The notes below the pieces were generated by a model. That model saw only the letters and a program-made list of their open reading frames with translations, was not told the origin of the DNA and searched no databases. Position numbers and translations under genes: made by a program. Positions 16,375 through 22,921 of a stretch of 38,513 nucleotides of DNA are shown one piece after another (the stretch's first letter is position 1; each line of letters starts with the position of its first letter). Source of the DNA: a virus (lineage: Duplodnaviria > Caudoviricetes); the IMG/VR virus record IMGVR_UViG_3300008255_000060, positions 1-38,513 of that record, one strand, 5' to 3'.

Positions 16375-17238
16375 ATGACCCACACCGACCAGACCCCCAC
16401 CCCGCTCGCGATCCGCGCCCTCAACCTCGCCCACGAAGTCGGCGCCGAAGCCGCCCTCGACCGCCTCGGCGACTTCATCCGGACGTGCGCCCTCACCGTC
16501 GAGCTCGGCGAAGCCGACGAAGCCCGCGAAGCCGTCGAGGCCTGGGACGAGCGCCGCGCCGACGAGGCCCTCGTCGAGGCGGTCCGCGCCGCCTCGACCT
16601 CCGAGCTCGTCGAGGCCGTCCGCGCCGAGCTCCGGGCCCAGCGCGCCGCCGAGCTCGCCGAGGCCTCCGCCTTCGTCTCCGGCTGCGTCCGCTTCGCCGA
16701 GGCGAACGGCGCGACCGCCGCCCTCGACAAGCTCGGCACCATCGCCGACCGGCTCCCCGAAGCCTTCACGCTCGGCGAGCTCGAAGCCGCCCGCGCCGGG
16801 ATCGAGTCCTCCGGCGAGGCCGCGCGGATCGACTACCAGGCGGAGCGCGCCGCCGAGCTCGCCGAGCTCGAAGCCGCCGCGAGCCCCGACGAAGCCCGCG
16901 AGCTCGTCGAGCGCCTCACCGCGGACCGCCGCGCCGCCGCTGAGCGCATCCTCAACCTCCGCCGCCTCGTCCGCGTCACCGTCGGCACCCCCACCGACGA
17001 GGTCCGCGCGGAGCTCCGCCGCATCACCCGCGCCATGGCCGCCGAGGCGGAGTCGAAGCCGACCCGCGCCTACCTGGAGGCCTACGAGGTCGACTGTCGC
17101 GCCTTCGCCGCCCAGCCCATCCCCGAGGGCCTCTACTGCGGCGACGACGACGCCTTCGGCGAGCGTCAGGACGCCGCCCTCGCCCTCGCCCGCTCCATCG
17201 GCGCCCTCCTCCGCGCCTGGGAGGCCGACGGCCGCTAG
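16375..17238 (+). CDS. Ala/Glu-rich helical protein with internal duplication (287 aa)
   Basis: AGGAGG RBS; typical codon use; repeated GAxAALDxLG...LGE...AR block. Confidence 0.75.
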   Translation: MTHTDQTPTPLAIRALNLAHEVGAEAALDRLGDFIRTCALTVELGEADEAREAVEAWDERRADEALVEAVRAASTSELVEAVRAELRAQRAAELAEASAFVSGCVRFAEANGATAALDKLGTIADRLPEAFTLGELEAARAGIESSGEAARIDYQAERAAELAELEAAASPDEARELVERLTADRRAAAERILNLRRLVRVTVGTPTDEVRAELRRITRAMAAEAESKPTRAYLEAYEVDCRAFAAQPIPEGLYCGDDDAFGERQDAALALARSIGALLRAWEADGR

Positions 17239-17262
17239 GCCCGCCCGAGCGCCTCGACCCCT

Positions 17263-17299
17263 GGGGGGCTTGACAGGACGTCAAGCCCCCCCGTACCAT
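17263..17299 (+). promoter_or_regulatory. Promoter-operator element 4
   Basis: GGGGGGCTTGAC-aggac-GTCAAGCCCCCC; -35 TTGACA 17270, 18 bp spacer, -10 TACCAT 17294; ATG at 17305 (leaderless). Confidence 0.88.
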
Positions 17300-17304
17300 G
17301 CCTC

Positions 17305-17547
17305 ATGCCCCGCACCGAACGACCCAACGCCGACCGCCCCACCCTCGAAGCCCTCCGCGCCCGCATGATCGAGCTCGGCGAGACGCCCTCCGGATGCTGG
17401 GAAGACGAGGACGCCGTCTTCTCCTTCTCCGCCCGCGGCTGCGGCCCCGCGACCTACGGGCACCCCGCCGTCACCCTCTCGTGGCGCTCCGGCTTCTACG
17501 TCGAGAGCATCGCCCCGCGCACGGGCGACCGCCGCGACCTCTGGTAG
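17305..17547 (+). CDS. Small hypothetical protein (80 aa), single-gene cassette
   Basis: Fills the space between elements 4 and 5; typical codon use. Confidence 0.7.
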   Translation: MPRTERPNADRPTLEALRARMIELGETPSGCWEDEDAVFSFSARGCGPATYGHPAVTLSWRSGFYVESIAPRTGDRRDLW

Positions 17548-17552
17548 CCCCC

Positions 17553-17589
17553 CCGGGGGCTTGACGAACCGTCAAGCCCCCGGTATGCT
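17553..17589 (+). promoter_or_regulatory. Promoter-operator element 5
   Basis: 14-bp arms CCGGGGGCTTGACG-aac-CGTCAAGCCCCCGG; -35 TTGACG, 17 bp spacer, -10 TATGCT. Confidence 0.88.
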
Positions 17590-17626
17590 TCTCCTAGATC
17601 GAACCCCGGACCCCAGGAGGCCCACC

Positions 17627-17908
17627 ATGACCGACACCGCGCCCGACACCGTCCACGGCTTCTACCTCGACCTCGCCACCGACACCGCCTACGACCTCGG
17701 CCCCGTCGAGCTCGCCGACGACGGAACCGTCGACGCCGACGCCCTCTCCACGCTCCTCCGCGCCCGCGACCTGATCGACGGCGACGCCCGCTCGCTCTCC
17801 CTCGAAGCCCAGGAAGCCGAGGGCTACTTCGAGCTCCTCGTCTGGGACGTGACCGGCCTCGCGACCCCCCTCGGCCGCCTCCGCTTCCCCATGGGGGCGG
17901 GGGCATGA
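17627..17908 (+). CDS. Small acidic protein (93 aa)
   Basis: AGGAGG RBS before ATG 17627 (the track's TTG start at 17561 is the -35 box); 18 Asp/Glu versus 5 Arg and no Lys. Confidence 0.75.
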   Translation: MTDTAPDTVHGFYLDLATDTAYDLGPVELADDGTVDADALSTLLRARDLIDGDARSLSLEAQEAEGYFELLVWDVTGLATPLGRLRFPMGAGA

Positions 17909-18378
17909 GCGCCACCGAGCCGACCGCCGGGACCTTCGTCTACCTCGGCCGCTTCCTCACCCGCGCCGGGAAGCTCGCCCACCGCTACCTCGTCGAGGAG
18001 GGCCCCGAAGCCCTCCTCGACGACGACGACCGCGAGCTCCACTTCGCGAAGGCCCTCACCCCCGGCTCGCTCGTCGGGCACCGCTACACCGTCCTCGTCC
18101 AGCCCAACGCCGACGGGGGATGGTACGTCGTCGGCGGGCACACGAAGCGCGCCGCCGACCTCGCGCCCATGAGCTCCGAGGAGCGCGCGCCCTACGTCGC
18201 CTCGGATCGAGCCGCCCTCGCCGCCCACGAGGCGAAGAAGACCGAGAAGCGCCTCCGCTCCGGCGAGCTCGAAGACCTCGGCGACCTCACGCTCGGCGCC
18301 CTCCGCGCCCAAATGAGGAAGGCCCTCCCCCACCAGCGCGCCGCCCTCCTCGCCGTCGCCCTGGACTACCTCCGATGA
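17905..18378 (+). CDS. Hypothetical protein (157 aa)
   Basis: ATGA coupling; typical codon use. Confidence 0.7.
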   Translation: MSATEPTAGTFVYLGRFLTRAGKLAHRYLVEEGPEALLDDDDRELHFAKALTPGSLVGHRYTVLVQPNADGGWYVVGGHTKRAADLAPMSSEERAPYVASDRAALAAHEAKKTEKRLRSGELEDLGDLTLGALRAQMRKALPHQRAALLAVALDYLR

Positions 18379-18695
18379 AGCTCCCCTGGGCCCGCCGCCG
18401 CCCCACCCCCGACCCCCAGGCCGTCCACTCCGACGGCCTCGCGGAGGCGCTCCGAGAGGAGCTCCTCCGCCTCTACGTCGATGCCGAGCTCGCCGCCGAC
18501 CTCTCGATCCGCTGGGACGCCGACCGCGGCCGCTACCTCGCCGACCTCGGCGACCTCGGCGACCTCGACGAGCTCGGCCCCCACCACGTCGGCGTCGGCC
18601 CGACCCGCCTCGACGCCCTCCTCGACCTATGCCTCCTCCTCCCCCTCACCGTCGACCTCGCCGTCACCCTCACCCGGAAGGAAGGACCCGCATGA
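18375..18695 (+). CDS. Hypothetical protein with weak HicB-like pattern (106 aa)
   Basis: ATGA coupling at both ends; SIRWDADRGRYLADL...GVGPTRLDAL. Confidence 0.6.
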   Translation: MKLPWARRRPTPDPQAVHSDGLAEALREELLRLYVDAELAADLSIRWDADRGRYLADLGDLGDLDELGPHHVGVGPTRLDALLDLCLLLPLTVDLAVTLTRKEGPA

Positions 18696-18957
18696 AGCCG
18701 CCCGCCGCCGCCGCCTACCAGACCGCCCTCGACGCCGCCCGAAAGCACGGCCGCCCCGACGACGCCGACGCCGACGCCCTCGAAGACCTCCGCGACCGGA
18801 TCGAAGCCCTCGTCGGCGCCTGGGACAACGGCGGCCCCCGCACCGTCCAAGCCGCCGCCCACGAGCTCGTCGACGCATGGTGTCCCCCCGCCCCACCCCA
18901 CCCCGCCCCGCCCGCGCCGCCACCGAGGCGCCCCTCTTCGAGCTCGACCCCCGATAG
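18692..18957 (+). CDS. Hypothetical protein with an apparent frameshift in a C-rich tract (~18884-18915)
   Basis: AAGGA RBS and ATG 18692; protein-like up to HELVDAW; a natural-looking end (ATEAPLFELDPR, TAG 18957) lies in the -1 frame. Confidence 0.45.
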
Positions 18958-18968
18958 GAGCCCGGACC

Positions 18969-19151
18969 ATGGACCCCATCCTCGCGCTCGTCATCGTCCT
19001 CCGCCTGATCGCCGCCGCCCTCACCCTCGCCGCCCTCTACGACCTCGCGACGAACCACGTCCCCCGCTACCTCCGCCGCCGCGCCGTCGACCGCGACCTC
19101 CGCGGCCGCGAGCGCCGCATGAGCGGCCGCGTTGCGAGGCGCCGGTCATGA
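18969..19151 (+). CDS. Small membrane protein (60 aa)
   Basis: AGGAG RBS; N-terminal TM helix and Arg-rich tail; ATGA coupling to the next gene. Confidence 0.6.
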   Translation: MDPILALVIVLRLIAAALTLAALYDLATNHVPRYLRRRAVDRDLRGRERRMSGRVARRRS

Positions 19152-19618
19152 GCCGCGTCTACACCGACGCCGACCTCGTCGAGCTCATGAAGCGCGGCAC
19201 CGTCGAGGTCGACGTCCGAAGCCTCGCAAGCGAGCTCCACGGGCTCCGCGGACAGGGCGAGGGCTACCGGAAGGCCCTCGACGAACAGGACCAGGCCGTC
19301 GCCGTTCTCCGGAGCGACCTCGGCCGCGCGCGACGGATCGGCGAGGAGGCCGCCGCCGAGCGCGACCAGGCGCTACGCGACCTCGGGAGCCTCCGCGCCG
19401 AGCTCGTCAAGGCCCGAGCCGCCCGCGACCGAGCCGCCGCTGGGACCGCCGAGCTCCAGGCCGCGCGCGACCGGCTCCGCGGCGACGTCCGCGACGCCCT
19501 CGAAGAGCGCGACGCCGCCCAGGCGGGCGCCGACGCCGCACGCGCCGAGCTCGTCGAATTCCGGAAGCGCCTCGCCGCCCACGCGGGGGAGCTCGTTCGC
19601 ATGGCGACGAAGCCGTGA
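19148..19618 (+). CDS. Coiled-coil protein (156 aa)
   Basis: MSRVYTDADLVELMKRG start; heptad-rich; 4-nt overlaps with both neighbours. Confidence 0.7.
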   Translation: MSRVYTDADLVELMKRGTVEVDVRSLASELHGLRGQGEGYRKALDEQDQAVAVLRSDLGRARRIGEEAAAERDQALRDLGSLRAELVKARAARDRAAAGTAELQAARDRLRGDVRDALEERDAAQAGADAARAELVEFRKRLAAHAGELVRMATKP

Positions 19619-19755
19619 GCGCCTCCCTCCTCGCCCACCTGATCGTCGTCCTCGGCGTCCTCTGGTACCTCACCCAGGCCGCCCTCCTCGTCGCCCTCGT
19701 CTTCGTCGGCGTCGCCGCCGTCCGCTACCTCGGCCGCCACTGGGGCGCCCCATGA
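19615..19755 (+). CDS. Small membrane protein (46 aa)
   Basis: GTGA coupling; strongly hydrophobic LLAHLIVVLGVLWYL... Confidence 0.55.
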   Translation: MSASLLAHLIVVLGVLWYLTQAALLVALVFVGVAAVRYLGRHWGAP

Positions 19756-19991
19756 GGCCCCCCGACCCCTTCGAGCTCGCCGAAGCCGACCTCGCCCAGA
19801 ACGTCCTCGACCGCGGCGGCCTGATCGACCACGCGAGCGACCTCCGCGACCACCGCGGAGCACGAGTGGGAAAGGTCACGGACGAAGCTATCCGCGTCCT
19901 CCTCGCCCGCGGTACCCTAGTCCAAACCACCGAGGGGCTCCGCGCCCGCCACGAGCCCCCCGGCGACCGGACCGGGAGGCCCACGTCATGA
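19752..19991 (+). CDS. Hypothetical protein (79 aa)
   Basis: ATGA coupling at both ends. Confidence 0.55.
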   Translation: MRPPDPFELAEADLAQNVLDRGGLIDHASDLRDHRGARVGKVTDEAIRVLLARGTLVQTTEGLRARHEPPGDRTGRPTS

Positions 19992-20380
19992 GACTCACCG
20001 ACCGCCCAGGCCTGACCCTAATCCTCCTCGCCCCCAGCCGCGACGCCGCCGACTTCACGCTCCACGGCGTCCGCGTCCTCCGGTCGAGCAACCGCCGCGC
20101 CGTCCTCCAAGCCCCCAGCATCCCCACCCCCCGCCTCACGGCCGCCGAGAAGGCCTCCGGGCTCCCCGCCGCGCACCAGAAGACCCGCTGGAGCTTCGAC
20201 ACCGTCAAGCGCGGAACGAAAGCCCTCCTCCGCGAAGCCGACGGCTCGATCCACTCCGGCATCGTCGAGCGAGGCTACGGACCCCGCCTCTCGATCCGCG
20301 AGCTCCTCCGCTTCCGACCCCCCGACGAGGACGCCGCCCCGAGCGCCGACGCCGAGGCGACCCCCGAGCCGCCCGCATGA
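19988..20380 (+). CDS. Hypothetical protein (130 aa)
   Basis: ATGA coupling at both ends; typical codon use. Confidence 0.6.
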   Translation: MRLTDRPGLTLILLAPSRDAADFTLHGVRVLRSSNRRAVLQAPSIPTPRLTAAEKASGLPAAHQKTRWSFDTVKRGTKALLREADGSIHSGIVERGYGPRLSIRELLRFRPPDEDAAPSADAEATPEPPA

Positions 20381-20619
20381 GCACCCCCCCGAACCTCGCC
20401 GACCGCCTCGCCCGCATCCGAGAGAAAGTCCACAAAGCACGCGCCACCGAGCCCCCACGAGCGCCCCAGGTCGCCCAGAAGCTCGCCGAACGCAACCCCC
20501 GCCCCTCCGGCCTCGCCCACCGCCTCGAAGCCTGGGAAGGCCGCCTCGACCCGCCCGCCGCCGCCACCTGGGCGAAGCTCCAAGAGCTCTTCCCCGGACA
20601 GGTCGTCGACGTCCAATGA
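20377..20619 (+). CDS. Hypothetical protein (80 aa)
   Basis: ATGA coupling at both ends. Confidence 0.55.
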   Translation: MSTPPNLADRLARIREKVHKARATEPPRAPQVAQKLAERNPRPSGLAHRLEAWEGRLDPPAAATWAKLQELFPGQVVDVQ

Positions 20620-21101
20620 ACACCGCCCCCCGGACCCAGGAGCTCCTCCGGAACCTCGCCGCCGTCGCCGCCCGCCTCGACCACCTCGAAGCCCTCGTCC
20701 TCGCCGACGCCCGCCGCCCCCGGACCCCCGCCCTCTGCGTCATCTGCGGGAAGCCCCTAGAGCGCCGCACCAGACGCGACGGCCGCCCCGAAAGCCTCGC
20801 CCACTACCAAGCCCGACAGACATGCTCCGACCGCTGCCGAGGCGCCCTCGCCTCCCGAGCCCGGAAGACCAGACGCGGCGGAGGCCTCGCCCACCCCCGC
20901 CACGCCGCCCCAGAAGGCCGGAGCGCCCCCCACCGACCGACCGGCACCCCAGGCCCACGCGAGCCCGACCTCGGCCTCCTGACCCGCTCAGGCGCCCAGG
21001 GCAAGCCCACGAAAGCCCAGCTCCTCGCCGTCATCCGACACGAGCTCCGCGACCTCGCCGAGGCAATCTACGAACACGTCGCACAGGAGAGCCCCCCATG
21101 A
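20616..21101 (+). CDS. Zinc-finger protein (CxxC...CxxxC; 161 aa)
   Basis: CVICGKPL...TCSDRC; ATGA coupling. Confidence 0.6.
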   Translation: MNTAPRTQELLRNLAAVAARLDHLEALVLADARRPRTPALCVICGKPLERRTRRDGRPESLAHYQARQTCSDRCRGALASRARKTRRGGGLAHPRHAAPEGRSAPHRPTGTPGPREPDLGLLTRSGAQGKPTKAQLLAVIRHELRDLAEAIYEHVAQESPP

Positions 21102-21502
21102 CCGAGAGCGCCCTCCAGAGGAAGCTCGTCCTCTGGGCGAAGAAGGAAGCCGCGAAGGCCCACCGCGACGGCGACGCCCGCCGCGCCGCCGAGCTCGGCG
21201 CCTTCCACTCGATCCCCAACGGCGGAGCCCGCCACGTCGCGACCGCCTGGAAGATGAAGCTCGAAGGCGCCCGCCCCGGCGTCCCCGACCTCTTCCTCCC
21301 CGCGCCCCGCGCCCCATGGCACGGCCTCTACCTGGAGCTCAAACGCCCCCACGGCGGCCGCCTCGGCGACGCCCAGCTCGCCCTCCACGCGACCCTCTTC
21401 CGACTCGGCTACCCCGTCTTCGTCGCCGACGACCTCGACGACGCCGTCGAACGGATCGAGGCCTACCTCGCCACCCCCCCGACGCCCTGGGTCGCCCCAT
21501 GA
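21098..21502 (+). CDS. VRR-NUC (PD-(D/E)XK) nuclease (134 aa)
   Basis: MTESALQ, HSIPNGG, GVPDLFL, YLELK and GRLGDAQ motifs; AGGAG RBS. Confidence 0.88.
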   Translation: MTESALQRKLVLWAKKEAAKAHRDGDARRAAELGAFHSIPNGGARHVATAWKMKLEGARPGVPDLFLPAPRAPWHGLYLELKRPHGGRLGDAQLALHATLFRLGYPVFVADDLDDAVERIEAYLATPPTPWVAP

Positions 21503-21846
21503 AGCGCGCCTGGACCCTCCGCGAGCTCCTCGCCCACCCCGACCTCGCCGGAGGCCGCCTCCTCCTCCGCGCCGACTCGAAGGGCAAGGTCGTCGACGCC
21601 CTCTACGCCGTCCCCAGAACCGCGAAGGAGGTCGGCGAGCTCATGGCCGGGCCCGACGCCCCACCCGTCGACGCGACCTCCGTCGTCCTCCTCTGGAGCA
21701 ACGCCCGCCGCCTCCGCGCAAGCCCCCAGGACCTCCCCCTCCAGGTCGGCTTCACCGGAAGCGCCGAGCTCCTCGGCTGGGACCCCCTCGGCCTGATCGA
21801 GCGCGAGAAGCTCGGCCTCTTGACGCAACAGCGCGCCGAAGCGTAG
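21499..21846 (+). CDS. Hypothetical protein (115 aa)
   Basis: ATGA coupling; MKRAWTLRELLAHPDL...; last gene before the non-coding region. Confidence 0.6.
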   Translation: MKRAWTLRELLAHPDLAGGRLLLRADSKGKVVDALYAVPRTAKEVGELMAGPDAPPVDATSVVLLWSNARRLRASPQDLPLQVGFTGSAELLGWDPLGLIEREKLGLLTQQRAEA

Positions 21847-21849
21847 GCT
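21820..21849 (+). promoter_or_regulatory. Sigma70-type promoter reading into the non-coding region
   Basis: -35 TTGACG 21820, 18 bp spacer, -10 TAGGCT 21844; lacks the GTCAAG operator arm. Confidence 0.55.
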
Positions 21850-22290
21850 TCGAGAAGGCAGAAACACCGTCCAGGACGGCGAAAGTCCGACAGGTATAGG
21901 CCCTCCTGAAAGTACCGGAACGCTAGAAATGCCGAGCCCAACGCGCTAAACCGGAACCCGGTATAGCAGGTATGGGCTCGGTATGGTCATGCCTAAACCG
22001 CGACCCGCGCGTCCCTCACGAAGAAACTCGGCCCAAAATCCGCCCTATAACGCGCGCGGGAATTTTTTTCTCCAGAGCGAAGAATCTTCGACGAGGCTAT
22101 TTACCATACCGAGAGACTACCTACCCCGTCCCAGACGCTAGAAACTCGGTATAACCTCGACCATACCGACCATACCGACCATACCCACTCACCGATGAGG
22201 ATCGAGCCCTTCGGAAGGCCGAAATCCGACTTTCGTCGTCCCTCGCGTATAAAGGGAGATTTTCGGAGGAGCCCTGGCCCTGGTAGGATG
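21850..22290. other. Non-coding, lower-GC, repeat- and palindrome-rich region (candidate replication origin, pac region or structured RNA)
   Basis: GGTAT(G/A)G copies at 21893, 21960, 21969 and 21980; CCATACC copies at 22104 and 22161-22185; central AATTTTTTT; several inverted repeats. Confidence 0.6.
22159..22185 (+). repeat. Tandem 9-bp repeat (GACCATACC)x3, iteron-like
   Basis: Read directly; its reverse complement GGTATGGTC occurs at 21980-21988. Confidence 0.9.
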
Positions 22291-22297
22291 CGGCACC

Positions 22298-22921
22298 TTG
22301 GACCGAGCCGCCCCCCCTTCCCAGGCCTCGCCCGCGAAGCCGCCCCCTCCGAAGAAGAAGCCCCTCTCGAAGGGGCGCCGGAACCGGGCGACCGCCGTCG
22401 AGAAGGAACGCCGCGCCGCCCGCATCACCGAGCTCTACCTCCAGGGCGCCCCCGTCCACCTGATCGCCGACGAGCTCGGCGTCAACCCCCAGACGGTCTA
22501 CAAGGACGTCGAGGGCCTCCGCCGTCAGTGGCGCGAGAGCGCCATGAGCGACTTCTCCGACTGGGTCATGCTGGAGCTAGAGCGCCTCGGCGAGGTCGAG
22601 CGCGAAGCCTGGAAGGCCTGGAGGCGGAGCGTCGGCGAGGTCGTCACCGTGACCCGGAAGGAAGGCATCACGAAGAGCGTCTCCCTCGGCGACGGCGCCT
22701 CCGAGCTCGTCGAGGTCGCGCCCGAGGTCACGACGAAGACCGACGACCGCGCGGGCGACCCCCGCTTCCTCGACGTCATCCTCAAAGTAAGCGCCCAACG
22801 CGCCCAGCTCGTCGGCCTCAACGCCCCCGAGCGGCTCGACCTCTTCGCAGGGGAGGCCGGTCATGCTGACAGCACGAGAGACGCGCTCCTTGCGAAGCTC
22901 GCTCGCCGCCTTACCCCCTGA
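22298..22921 (+). CDS. terS: Terminase small subunit (HTH; 207 aa)
   Basis: HTH ITELYLQG..IADELGVNPQTVYKDV; helical body; immediately upstream of and overlapping terL. Confidence 0.75.
   Translation: MDRAAPPSQASPAKPPPPKKKPLSKGRRNRATAVEKERRAARITELYLQGAPVHLIADELGVNPQTVYKDVEGLRRQWRESAMSDFSDWVMLELERLGEVEREAWKAWRRSVGEVVTVTRKEGITKSVSLGDGASELVEVAPEVTTKTDDRAGDPRFLDVILKVSAQRAQLVGLNAPERLDLFAGEAGHADSTRDALLAKLARRLTP

Noticed and set aside
16302-17589. Palindromic elements as a CRISPR array or integron attC sites
   Set aside because: Spacing is irregular and gene-sized, the variable core is only 5 bp, there are no RYYYAAC/GTTRRRY ends, and no cas or integrase genes are present.
17561-17626. N-terminal extension of the 17561..17908 ORF from TTG
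   Set aside because: That TTG is the -35 box; the SD-supported start is ATG 17627.
21850-22290. tRNA or recognisable known ribozyme in the non-coding region
   Set aside because: No cloverleaf with T-loop GTTCRA and no complete hammerhead core found by eye; an Rfam scan is still needed.
21972-22459. Short ORFs in the non-coding region (21972-22154 +; 22121-22459 -, with a YGRYGRYGR repeat)
   Set aside because: Atypical codon use and no RBS; the peptide repeat simply mirrors the 9-bp DNA repeat.
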